64,000 nt of DNA from Candidatus Adlerbacteria bacterium RIFOXYC1_FULL_48_26 (GTDB lineage: Bacteria > Patescibacteriota > Minisyncoccia > Phycocordibacterales > SBAW01), in the NCBI GenBank assembly GCA_001773575.1, contig MEXB01000004.1, forward strand, positions 10,217 through 74,216, read 5' to 3'. Below are positions 1-9,098 of the stretch, in pieces. A program made the position numbers and the translations under genes. How positions within the stretch are numbered: position 1 is the stretch's first letter; every line of letters starts with the position of its first letter. The notes beneath the pieces were generated by a model. The model was given only the letters and a program-made list of their open reading frames with translations. It ran no database searches and was not told the DNA's origin.

Positions 1-201
1 GCAGGCATACTTCGCGATTCCGCAGATGAATTTATCGACATGGGTGAAAATCCTCGCAACTATCTCATCAACTACCGTGGCGGGGGAGGCAAAGGCTTCT
101 CCATCCCAGGTTTTGGCCACCAAACCAAACCTTCGGAAGACGAAGGCGTCGATGTAGGTCAAGAAATCTACGACGACAGCGACCCGGACGAAGATAAATA
201 A
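1..201 (+). CDS. 3' end of an unidentified gene (C-terminus ...NYRGGGGKGFSIPGFGHQ...DDSDPDEDK*); Gly-rich segment then acidic tail
   Basis: Frame 1 is open from the window edge to TAA at 199-201 and is followed by a terminator hairpin. Identity not recognised. Confidence 0.4.
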   Translation, partial: AGILRDSADEFIDMGENPRNYLINYRGGGGKGFSIPGFGHQTKPSEDEGVDVGQEIYDDSDPDEDK

Positions 202-205
202 GCAC

Positions 206-238
206 AAAACACCGACTAGAAATAGTCGGTGTTTTGCA
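206..238 (+). terminator. Rho-independent terminator
   Basis: Hairpin acaccgacta-gaaa-tagtcggtgt followed by TTTTG. Confidence 0.7.
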
Positions 239-339
239 TTACAGTGTCTATATATAAGTAAGCGCGAAGGGCACGGATACGTAGGCCTTCTCTATATAGA
301 AAGGAGACCTAACATTCGTGAACTTCGCATATATAAGGT

Positions 340-2571
340 ATGCAATCAAAGAAGTTCGAAACACAGATAGGCGGCAAAACATTGTCTGCCGAGTTTACTG
401 ACCTAGCAGAAAACGCGAATGGTTCGGTCATTGTCCGTTATGGCAACACAGCGTTGCTCGCAACAGCTGTTATCTCATCACGCACACGCGATGACATCGA
501 CTATTTCCCATTAAGCGTTGAGTTCGAGGAACGCTACTACGCAGCAGGTTCTATCGGCGGCTCTCGCTTTGTTCGCCGCGAAGGCCGCCCATCTGAGGCA
601 GCAATCCTTTCTGGCCGTGTTGTTGACCGAACCATTCGTCCTCTTTTCCCTCAACACCTCCGCAACGAAGTGCAGGTGATTATCACTATGTTGGCTCTCG
701 ATGAAGAAGACCCAGCAGCTGTGGCAGTAAATGCTGCATCACTTGCCCTCGCAACTTCTGACATCCCATGGGGCGGCCCAGTAGCCGCAGTTCGTATCGG
801 CAAAAAGAGCGACGGAGATTTTATCGTCAACCCTACATATATAGAACGCCAAAGCCCTGAAACTGTTTTGGATATTTTGGCCTGCGGTAAGGGCGGCACC
901 ATAAACATGATCGAGGTTGGCGCACAGCAAGTTACTGAAGATGATATTGCCGCGGGGTTTGTACGCGCATCTGCTGAACACGACAAGATCGTGGAGTGGC
1001 AAAACAAGATTGTTGCAGAAATAGGGAAGCAGAAGCGCGACGCTGCAAAACCGGAAATTCCAGCTGCTTTGAGCGAACTCTTTGAAACTGAATTTAAACA
1101 AAAACTAAGCGAGGCAGTGTTCTGCGGCGTGCCTAGCAAAGACGCTATTCACGAAGTACAGGATGCGTGGATGGCCAAAGTTAAACTTTTGGCTGCGCAG
1201 AACCTTTCCAGCGGTTCTGGTGAACCGGGAGAAGCTTCTACTTCGCCGTCACAAATAAATATTGGACAAGCAAAGCGTTTTCTTGAAGATAAAGTGGATG
1301 AAGAAATTCACCGCGGCGCCGTAGAAGAAAACAAGCGTGCGGATAATCGCAAGTTTGACGAAGTGCGCCCTCTGTTTGCAAAAGCAGGTGGCGTTTCTGA
1401 CATCTTGCACGGCTCAGGTATTTTCTATCGCGGAGGCACTCACGTATTTTCAGCGCTCACACTCGGTGGCCCTGGTGACTCACAAGTTATTGATTCAATG
1501 GAAGAACATGATGTTAAAAAACGCTTCATGCACCACTACAACTTTCCTCCATACTCTGCCGGAGAAACTGGACGTGTTGGTGGATTGAACCGCCGCATGA
1601 TTGGCCACGGAGCACTCGCAGAAAAAGCACTCGAAGCAGTGATCCCATCTGTTGAACAATTCCCATACACAATTCGTGTCGTCTCTGAATGTCTTGCAAG
1701 TAACGGTTCTACATCGATGGGTTCTGTCTGCGCATCAACGCTCGCACTTATGGATGGAGGTGTTCCGTTGAAAGCTCCCGTTGCCGGCATCGCGATGGGT
1801 CTCATGCTTTCAATGAACGGCGATGGTCGTTACAAAGTTCTCACAGACATCCAAGGACCTGAAGACGAATTCGGCGACATGGACTTTAAAGTCGCAGGTA
1901 CACGCGCTGGAGTTACTGCAATCCAGATGGACATCAAACTCGATGGAGTACCTGTACCTATTTTGGTTGAAGCACTCGCAGGAGCAAAAGTAGCACGCCT
2001 ACATATCCTCGATGTTATCGAAAAAGAAATTTCTACACCACGCGCAACCATCAACTCTCGAGCTCCAGAAATAATCACGATGAATGTTCACCCTGACCAA
2101 ATTGGTTTGGTTATCGGTGGGGGAGGAAAGACCATCAACGGCATCAAGGACACAACAAAGGTTAGCGATATCACTATCGAAGATGATGGTTCTATTTTCA
2201 TCACTGGCAAAAACGGCACAGCGCAGATGGCAAAGACTATGATCGAAGCGCTCGTAAAAGAATACAAAGCAGGCGAGATGTATGAAGGTGAGGTAACACG
2301 CATGATGGACTTCGGCGCCTTCGTACGCATCGGTCCAGGAAAAGATGCGGAAGGTCTCGTACACGTTTCTGAAGTTGCACCATTCCGTATCGACACAATT
2401 GCTGGCGCACTTTCTGTTGGAGATAAAGTGCGGGTTATGATTAAGGAGATAGACGAGAAAGGCCGTCTGAACCTGTCCATAAAAGCTGCTGACCCTGACT
2501 TCGCAGCGCGCAAAGGTCTAACACCGTCTACCCAACCAAATGGCCCAAGATCCTCAGGACCAAAATTCTAA
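340..2571 (+). CDS. pnp: Polynucleotide phosphorylase (PNPase)
   Basis: 743 aa with two RNase PH-like cores followed by KH and S1 domains (GGGGKTINGI...; EGEVTRMMDFGAFVRI). Typical PNPase N-terminus. Confidence 0.93.
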   Translation: MQSKKFETQIGGKTLSAEFTDLAENANGSVIVRYGNTALLATAVISSRTRDDIDYFPLSVEFEERYYAAGSIGGSRFVRREGRPSEAAILSGRVVDRTIRPLFPQHLRNEVQVIITMLALDEEDPAAVAVNAASLALATSDIPWGGPVAAVRIGKKSDGDFIVNPTYIERQSPETVLDILACGKGGTINMIEVGAQQVTEDDIAAGFVRASAEHDKIVEWQNKIVAEIGKQKRDAAKPEIPAALSELFETEFKQKLSEAVFCGVPSKDAIHEVQDAWMAKVKLLAAQNLSSGSGEPGEASTSPSQINIGQAKRFLEDKVDEEIHRGAVEENKRADNRKFDEVRPLFAKAGGVSDILHGSGIFYRGGTHVFSALTLGGPGDSQVIDSMEEHDVKKRFMHHYNFPPYSAGETGRVGGLNRRMIGHGALAEKALEAVIPSVEQFPYTIRVVSECLASNGSTSMGSVCASTLALMDGGVPLKAPVAGIAMGLMLSMNGDGRYKVLTDIQGPEDEFGDMDFKVAGTRAGVTAIQMDIKLDGVPVPILVEALAGAKVARLHILDVIEKEISTPRATINSRAPEIITMNVHPDQIGLVIGGGGKTINGIKDTTKVSDITIEDDGSIFITGKNGTAQMAKTMIEALVKEYKAGEMYEGEVTRMMDFGAFVRIGPGKDAEGLVHVSEVAPFRIDTIAGALSVGDKVRVMIKEIDEKGRLNLSIKAADPDFAARKGLTPSTQPNGPRSSGPKF

Positions 2572-3760
2572 AAATAGTTTAGACCTCAATAATATTCTGC
2601 TTCCAAAAAAGGACGCTCCTTCTGTCGACTCAGCACAGCGTGTTGATGCAGGAACTCTCATGCAGCAGGAACAAGCGGCGACTCTTCAGCCTCCGGTTTC
2701 TTCCAGTGATTCTGTTTCACGCCCTCCTGTAACCCACTCCCCGCAGGAAGGCATCGCTCCTCTGCAGACGTTTCAGGGTGATATCGCGAGTGCGATTGGG
2801 AATAAAGGCGTGTCCGTAGTCTCAATAGCCGCAGCAGAAGCTAATCGGCGCGGAACATTGCCTGTTTCACAGGACGCTCAAATAACAAACACACCAGCGC
2901 CTCATACGCTTCGTAACATCGTCTTCGCAGTTATCGGTTTGCTATTTGTAGCTGGCGCTGTCGGCGCTCTTACCTACATTGTAATGCTGAACGCACCGCT
3001 TCCGCAACAGCAAGCTGGTGTTGCACCATTCATTGCAATCGACAGCACCAACACAGTTTCTGTGGAACAAACCGTCAAAGCTCCGGGTCTTATGCAACGT
3101 CTCGTTTCAGCAAAAAATTCTGTTTCAATTTCATTGGGATTAGTCGCCCAGCTGTACGTAGAACAGAGCGGCACCAGCACTGAAGCGCAGCCAACATATA
3201 TGAGCGCTCAGACACTGCTCTCTACCCTCGCGTCAGGAGCGCCGGAAACTTTGGTGCGCGACGTTTCACCAATCTATCTTCTTGGGGTGCACTCGTTCGG
3301 AGTCAATCAACCCTTCCTGATTTTGAAAGTTGATTCATACGCGCAAGGATATGCCGGAATGCTTACGTGGGAAAAAACAATGAAGAAAGATCTTGCGCCA
3401 CTCTTCACCTACGTACCTGCTCCAAAGATCGGAATGCCGAAGCAGAACCCGGCTGCGGAGCCGAAGATCGACGCAGAGGGTTCTGCGCAGGCTCTCACGT
3501 CAGCATCCTCAACTGCCACTTCGACTCCGATCGTAGCTACCTCTACTCCGGAAGTACCCCCTCTTCAAACTGGTTTCACGGATGCCATAGTACAAAATCA
3601 TGACGCGCGAGTTACGACAGACAAATATGGAACTATAGATTTCTTGTGGACCTTCCTCGACCGACAGACTCTGGTTATCACAACAAACCCTGACACCTTG
3701 CGTGAAATTATTACCCGCCTTAAGCAGGCACCCATCCTCTATAAGTCAACTTCTCAATAA
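2540..3760 (+). CDS. Hypothetical single-pass membrane protein (Ser/Pro-rich N-terminus, one TM, Ser/Thr-rich tail)
   Basis: Long ORF with a TM helix FAVIGLLFVAGAVGALTYIVML. It contains a 55-58-nt segment nearly identical to one in the ORF at 15981-16640. Confidence 0.5.
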   Translation: MAQDPQDQNSKNSLDLNNILLPKKDAPSVDSAQRVDAGTLMQQEQAATLQPPVSSSDSVSRPPVTHSPQEGIAPLQTFQGDIASAIGNKGVSVVSIAAAEANRRGTLPVSQDAQITNTPAPHTLRNIVFAVIGLLFVAGAVGALTYIVMLNAPLPQQQAGVAPFIAIDSTNTVSVEQTVKAPGLMQRLVSAKNSVSISLGLVAQLYVEQSGTSTEAQPTYMSAQTLLSTLASGAPETLVRDVSPIYLLGVHSFGVNQPFLILKVDSYAQGYAGMLTWEKTMKKDLAPLFTYVPAPKIGMPKQNPAAEPKIDAEGSAQALTSASSTATSTPIVATSTPEVPPLQTGFTDAIVQNHDARVTTDKYGTIDFLWTFLDRQTLVITTNPDTLREIITRLKQAPILYKSTSQ

Positions 3761-3787
3761 CCTGGAGTTTGGTATTATGCTCAGTAT

Positions 3788-4165
3788 ATGAATATCGAAA
3801 ACGTTTCACATTTTAAACAAAAGTTAGAAGACGAGTTGCTCGAGGTTGAAGACCGTTTGAAAGCAGCCGGCATGCAGAACGAAGCAGGTGAGTGGGAAGT
3901 GCGTGATACTGACATCGACGAAACAGCGACTGAGCCTGATGAACTTGCTGACCGCATGGAAGAGTATGGAGAAAAGAAAGCCGAAGTTGGCGAGATAGAA
4001 ATTCACTGGCGCAACATTGAACGCGCGATTGAAAAAATCGAACTTGGTACATACGGCGCATGCGAGGTGTGCGGCGAAACAATCGAAGAAAATCGTCTTG
4101 AAATAAATCCATCTGCGCGCACCTGCCAAACACACATGGACGACGAAGCGACTCTGCCTGCGTAA
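3788..4165 (+). CDS. DksA/TraR-family C4 zinc-finger protein
   Basis: Acidic coiled-coil N-terminus plus CEVCGETIEENRLEINPSARTC (CxxC-N17-C) motif. Own terminator follows. Confidence 0.65.
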   Translation: MNIENVSHFKQKLEDELLEVEDRLKAAGMQNEAGEWEVRDTDIDETATEPDELADRMEEYGEKKAEVGEIEIHWRNIERAIEKIELGTYGACEVCGETIEENRLEINPSARTCQTHMDDEATLPA

Positions 4166-4184
4166 TATAAATTTTATTTTTTCA

Positions 4185-4221
4185 ATACCTCGGGACTAAG
4201 TTTCCCGAGGTATTTGTTTTT
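4185..4221 (+). terminator. Rho-independent terminator
   Basis: Hairpin aatacctcggga-ctaagttt-tcccgaggtatt followed by a T-run. Confidence 0.75.
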
Positions 4222-4234
4222 ATACACTAGGTGC

Positions 4235-5794
4235 ATGCAATATGCGCGCGTATACGGAGCCCAAACTTCGCTCCTAACTCCACATATTGTTTCGGTGGAA
4301 ACTGATCTCTCTAGAGGACTACACTCATTCACTATCGTCGGTCTTCCAGACAAAGCTGTAGAGGAAAGTCGCGACAGGGTAGCGGCGGCTATTAAACATT
4401 CTGGTTTTGATTCTCCCAAAAGCAGAAACCAGAGAATCGTAATTTCACTCGCGCCAGCAGACCTACGTAAAGAAGGGCCAATGTTTGACCTCGCCATCGC
4501 GCTTTCATATCTACTTGCCGCTGATGATATTCGTTTCGATCCAGAACATTATTTGTTTGTTGGAGAACTTTCTCTTGATGGGAACCTTCAGCCGGTGCGA
4601 GGGATTTTGCCGCTTGTCGCCGAAGCAAAGCGGAAGGGGAAGCGCGCCATATTTGTTCCAAAGAAAAACGAGAGGGAAGCGGCACTTGTAAGTGGGATCG
4701 AAGTGTACGGGGCAAATACGTTAGGAGAAGTTGTTGACCATGTAAACGAGAAATCCCGACGCTCCGGAGGAGGTCGGGATCCCGACCAAAGCGTCGGGAA
4801 AAGGCTCGAACCGACTCCACCCACAAAATTAGAGCCTTCCCTCCAAGAATCACAATTCGCGTTCGAAGATATCCGCGGGCAGGAGAGCGCAAAGCGCGCA
4901 GCCATCATTGCTGCAGCGGGCGGACACAACCTAGGGCTTAGTGGGCCACCCGGCACAGGCAAAACAATGTTGGCACGAGCTCTTGCCTCAGTCCTTCCTC
5001 CACTGTCGTTTGATGAAGTGCTTGAAGTAAATAGTATTCATTCCGTTGCGGGCGTATTACATGAAAAACTTTTAACCGTGCCTCCGTTCCGGGCACCCCA
5101 TCACACAGCAAGCTATGTTTCTATCGTAGGAGGAGGCAGTAATGTACGCCCAGGCGAGGTAACACTCGCGCATCGTGGCGTTTTATTTTTGGATGAATTT
5201 CCAGAATTTGATAGGCGGCTTATTGAAGCTCTACGTCAACCACTCGAAGATAGGGTTATTGCTGTTGCACGTGCAAAAGGCACAGCAGTATTTCCAGCAC
5301 GTTTCACCTTAGTCGCGGCAATGAACCCCTGCCCATGCGGCAACTATGGCCACCCGGACGTTGCCTGCACCTGTAGCCCTATGTCGCTTGAACGGTATAG
5401 AAGAAAAATTTCAGGACCTATAGCGGACCGCATAGATCTTTGGATTGTTATGGGGCCAGTAGATTTACCAGAACTTGGAAAAAAATCTGTGCGGGGCACA
5501 GAGACAGAAGCGGCGCGGACACAAGTGCTCGACGCCCGCGCAATGCAGCATGCACGCTATGGCACAGCGAAAACAAATAGTGATCTTTCGCCGCGCGAGT
5601 TAGAAAATTTTGTTCCGCTTACCGCAGGCGCCAGGGCAACATTAGAAAAAGCGGGGCAGAGGCTTTCGCTCTCTCCCCGCGCATTTCACCGTGTTATAAA
5701 AGTCGCTCGCACTATTGCAGACCTCGATGGTTCCCCCGACATTAACGAATCACACATCCTCGAAGCTCTGCAGTATCGACAACGGAAAACCTAG
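4235..5794 (+). CDS. comM: Mg-chelatase-like AAA+ ATPase, YifB/ComM family
   Basis: N-terminal Lon-protease-like domain (TIVGLPDKAVEESRDRV), Walker A GPPGTGKT, ChlI-type AAA+ core, and a C-terminal zinc motif CPCGNYGHPDVACTC. Start placed at the ATG downstream of the TTG at 4214. Confidence 0.9.
   Translation: MQYARVYGAQTSLLTPHIVSVETDLSRGLHSFTIVGLPDKAVEESRDRVAAAIKHSGFDSPKSRNQRIVISLAPADLRKEGPMFDLAIALSYLLAADDIRFDPEHYLFVGELSLDGNLQPVRGILPLVAEAKRKGKRAIFVPKKNEREAALVSGIEVYGANTLGEVVDHVNEKSRRSGGGRDPDQSVGKRLEPTPPTKLEPSLQESQFAFEDIRGQESAKRAAIIAAAGGHNLGLSGPPGTGKTMLARALASVLPPLSFDEVLEVNSIHSVAGVLHEKLLTVPPFRAPHHTASYVSIVGGGSNVRPGEVTLAHRGVLFLDEFPEFDRRLIEALRQPLEDRVIAVARAKGTAVFPARFTLVAAMNPCPCGNYGHPDVACTCSPMSLERYRRKISGPIADRIDLWIVMGPVDLPELGKKSVRGTETEAARTQVLDARAMQHARYGTAKTNSDLSPRELENFVPLTAGARATLEKAGQRLSLSPRAFHRVIKVARTIADLDGSPDINESHILEALQYRQRKT
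4754..4799 (+). repeat. Nested palindromic repeat element (copy 1), in-frame inside the comM linker
   Basis: tcccgacg-N11-gtcgggatcccgac-N5-cgtcggga. A second copy is at 57181-57220. Confidence 0.6.
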
Positions 5795-5795
5795 A

Positions 5796-6884
5796 CTAAT
5801 ACCCTACGCCAACCTTAAGGCTTGCGAATGGGTTTGTAGCACCGCGGACTTCGAAGTGGAGGTGGAAGCCGGTAGATTGACCAGTGGAGCCGACTTTGCC
5901 GATAACTTCACCCTGGTCAACTTGGGCACCAGGCGAGGTGAGCACTTTGCTCATGTGAGCATAGAGAGTTTGAGTTCCGTTTGGATGCTGGATAACTACG
6001 TAGCTTCCGTAACCGCCGTTCCATGCACCATTGCCGTTTGCGACGATGACAGTACCGCCCGCAGCTGCATAAATTGATGTTCCTTTTGGAGCACCAACAT
6101 CAACGCCGTTCCAACCGTGCAGTTTCTGTGTAATGACACCGCCTGCAACTGGCCATACGTAATATCCAGAGATAGATGGGCCAGAACCACCTAGATATGG
6201 TTCTTTTGTTTTACCGCTCGCAATATTTTTTATCTTAGTGGTGTTTGAATTTGATTTTGCAGGAGCTGGGGTCGAGAGCACGCCGTTTGGAATCAACAAT
6301 ACGTCACCAACAGTAAGAGCCTGTCCGTCAGCCAAATCGTTGTAGACCGCAATACCATGTGCGTCAGAGCTGTATTTCTTTGCCAACGACGACATGGTTT
6401 CTCCCTTAACAACTGTGTGTTGAATACCGGTGATAGGCAAAATGATAAGGGTCTGGCCTGGGCGTATCACGCCATTCTTAATATCGTTTGCTCCGATAAT
6501 GGTGTTTATTGAAACCTCGAACATATCGGCAATACCTGAAAGAGTGTCGCCTGGACGTACGGTGTAGACACTGATCTGCTGGTTTGTTGGCAAACTTTCA
6601 ATGTCAGCTGCTGTTCCAGAAGGCCCTTCCTGGGCGATAAGTGCTGAGCCATTAACTACAGTGATACCACCTCCACCAACCGAAGGGCTTGGGTCGAGGT
6701 TAACCGCTGGAGAAAGGAGGGTCATGCGCTGAGAATTGGAAGCTCCACCTGCCGCAACGCTTGTGGCAGCTGAACTATTCAAAAGGGAAGAAAAAATACT
6801 AGCGGAGGCTAGTATGGGCATACAAAACACAAAAGAGGCTGTGCTTAGGGTGAGCACGACCATAACGAACTTTTTAGCCTTCAA
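5796..6884 (-). CDS. Secreted LysM-domain M23 family metallopeptidase
   Basis: Signal peptide, two LysM motifs (YTVRPGDTLSGIA; HTVVKGETMSSLAKKY) and a C-terminal M23 signature (HLHFEVR). Confidence 0.85.
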   Translation of the reverse strand: MKAKKFVMVVLTLSTASFVFCMPILASASIFSSLLNSSAATSVAAGGASNSQRMTLLSPAVNLDPSPSVGGGGITVVNGSALIAQEGPSGTAADIESLPTNQQISVYTVRPGDTLSGIADMFEVSINTIIGANDIKNGVIRPGQTLIILPITGIQHTVVKGETMSSLAKKYSSDAHGIAVYNDLADGQALTVGDVLLIPNGVLSTPAPAKSNSNTTKIKNIASGKTKEPYLGGSGPSISGYYVWPVAGGVITQKLHGWNGVDVGAPKGTSIYAAAGGTVIVANGNGAWNGGYGSYVVIQHPNGTQTLYAHMSKVLTSPGAQVDQGEVIGKVGSTGQSTGFHLHFEVRGATNPFASLKVGVGY

Positions 6885-7187
6885 AGAAGGGGTTGTGGTG
6901 GGTTGCTTTAAGATAAGCCTATTGGGTCCTCGCCCTGCAGTTTCAGCAATTAAATGGCTTCGTTAAGCCACTTCATCTATCATTCATCAAGTACTATCTA
7001 ACTATATAAAAGGAGGGGGGAGGGTCAACTTGACGATTTGGTATCTGTGGACAATGGTTGGGCTGGGCCGGAAATATCCTACCCCGTAAGGGTATATTTA
7101 GATGAAGATACCCTATTTACAGCTGAGCAAAGCTGTATCGTAGTATTAAAGTTAGGGGAATTGTGGGTCTCGGGGTACTTTATAGAG

Positions 7188-9083
7188 ATGTCTGTTCACG
7201 AAGGTCTTAATGATGCTCAAAAGGAGGCTGTTACCTCAACCAATGGTCCAATACTGGTCATTGCGGGTGCTGGAGCTGGGAAAACACGGGTTATCGCTCA
7301 TCGAATTTTAGAAATAGTGAACAAAGGTACGCCACCAGAGCAAATTTTAGCTATCACGTTTACCAACAAAGCTGCCTCAGAGATGCGCGAACGCGTTTTG
7401 GGTCTTGTTGGAGATGCCGGGGTGCCGTTTGTTTCTACATTCCACTCCCTTGGCCTACAGATCATTAAAGAGAATGCCAAGTTGCTTGGGTATAAACGCA
7501 CGCCTGTTATTTATGACAGAGGCGACTCCCTCCGAGAGATAAAAGCTGCTCTTAAGCAGATTGGTACTGAGGAGATTGAGCCTCGCTCGGCCCTAGGCAC
7601 CATCTCAAAACAAAAAGGGCAGGGGGTTACAACTGACACTTTTACCCAAAGTGCTGCAACGCCGCGTGACAGGCTTGTTGCGCAAGTATGGGTGATATAC
7701 GAACAGGCACTTAGAAAAGACGGGGCTGTTGATTTCGACGACCTACTCCTCCGCTCAATGTTGCTACTGCGCACAAACGAAGAGGTTCGCAAGCGATATC
7801 AAACTCGTTGGCGTTTTGTGCATATAGATGAGTACCAGGACACCAACTCAGTTCAAGCTGAGATGGCTGAGATGTTGATTGGGCCCGAACGTAATATTTG
7901 CGCGGTGGGGGACATAGACCAAACTATTTATGGATGGCGCGGCGCTGAGATTGCAAACATGCTTATGTTTGAAAAAAAGTTTCCTGGTGCAAAAATAATT
8001 TTGCTTGAAGAAAACTATCGTTCGACGAAGACGATTCTCGCTGCAGCAAACGAAGTTATTGCAAAAAATGTGTACCGACGCGAGAAAAATCTCTACACAA
8101 AAAATATTGATGGGGAACCACTCGGTATCTACCAAGCCTTCGATGAAACAGACGAGGCTGGTTTTATTGCACGAAAAGTAAAAGAAGGGATTATGGAAGG
8201 CAGGAAGCCAAAAGACTTCTGCGTACTTTACCGTGCAAACTTCCAATCACGCGCCATCGAAGAACAGCTGCTCGCTGCTGATATTCCATACCAAGTGTTG
8301 GGAACACGCTTCTTTGAACGCAAAGAGGTTAAAGACGTTTTGTCGTTTATAAAAACCGCGCTGTTTGAAACACCCGCAGACCTTGCCCGCATTGCAAACG
8401 TTCCACCGCGAGGCATAGGGAAGGTAACCCTGCTCAAACTTCTCAGTGGTAAAGAACAGGAACTTACAGGTGCCGTGCGTGAAAAAATTCATTCACTTCA
8501 TTTGCTTATACAAAAAATAAAAATGGGTGCAGAAGAATTAAAACCATCTGAACTTGTACGCTTTGTCATAACAGAGTCTGGTCTTGAGCGAATGATGCGA
8601 GAAGATAAACTTGAAGGGCCAGAGAGACTCGAGAACCTTCGTGAACTGGTTTCACTCGCAAGCCGCTACGACCACGTAGCAGTTCCTGGTGAAGGGCTCC
8701 AGCAGTTTCTTGAAAACGCAGCACTCCAAAGTGACCAAGATGAACTTAAACAAGATTCAAACGCAGTGCGTCTGATGACCGTCCATGCCTCAAAAGGCCT
8801 TGAGTTTCCGTATGTATTTATCACTGGCCTCGAAGAAGGTTTGTTCCCGTACGAACGTATGGGCGGAGATGGCGAAGATAGAGACGACGAAGAGGAACGC
8901 CGTTTGATGTACGTTGCCATAACTCGCGCAGAGAAAAAAGTATTTCTTACCTTTGCTTCATACCGCACTGTCTTTGGTTCAAAAAATTCCACCATCCCTT
9001 CAAAATTCCTTTCAGATATTTCAGACAGCCTCGTTTCGTGGGAAGCGCCTGAACGTATTGGCAGAACTATATATTTGGATTAG
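7188..9083 (+). CDS. uvrD: ATP-dependent DNA helicase UvrD/PcrA family
   Basis: LNDAQKEAV...GPILVIAGAGAGKTRVIAHRI (motif I), DEYQDTN (motif II) and a C-terminal helicase domain. The ORF is open from 7038; likely start at the ATG at 7188. Confidence 0.9.
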   Translation: MSVHEGLNDAQKEAVTSTNGPILVIAGAGAGKTRVIAHRILEIVNKGTPPEQILAITFTNKAASEMRERVLGLVGDAGVPFVSTFHSLGLQIIKENAKLLGYKRTPVIYDRGDSLREIKAALKQIGTEEIEPRSALGTISKQKGQGVTTDTFTQSAATPRDRLVAQVWVIYEQALRKDGAVDFDDLLLRSMLLLRTNEEVRKRYQTRWRFVHIDEYQDTNSVQAEMAEMLIGPERNICAVGDIDQTIYGWRGAEIANMLMFEKKFPGAKIILLEENYRSTKTILAAANEVIAKNVYRREKNLYTKNIDGEPLGIYQAFDETDEAGFIARKVKEGIMEGRKPKDFCVLYRANFQSRAIEEQLLAADIPYQVLGTRFFERKEVKDVLSFIKTALFETPADLARIANVPPRGIGKVTLLKLLSGKEQELTGAVREKIHSLHLLIQKIKMGAEELKPSELVRFVITESGLERMMREDKLEGPERLENLRELVSLASRYDHVAVPGEGLQQFLENAALQSDQDELKQDSNAVRLMTVHASKGLEFPYVFITGLEEGLFPYERMGGDGEDRDDEEERRLMYVAITRAEKKVFLTFASYRTVFGSKNSTIPSKFLSDISDSLVSWEAPERIGRTIYLD

Positions 9084-9098
9084 TGTGCATACAACGAT

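Noticed and set aside
651-2513. Multiple antisense or shadow ORFs inside pnp (and similarly inside comM, dnaA, pilB, polA, the Mur ligase, the PBP and mntH)
   Set aside because: They are embedded in strongly supported genes on the other strand or frame and have no features of their own.
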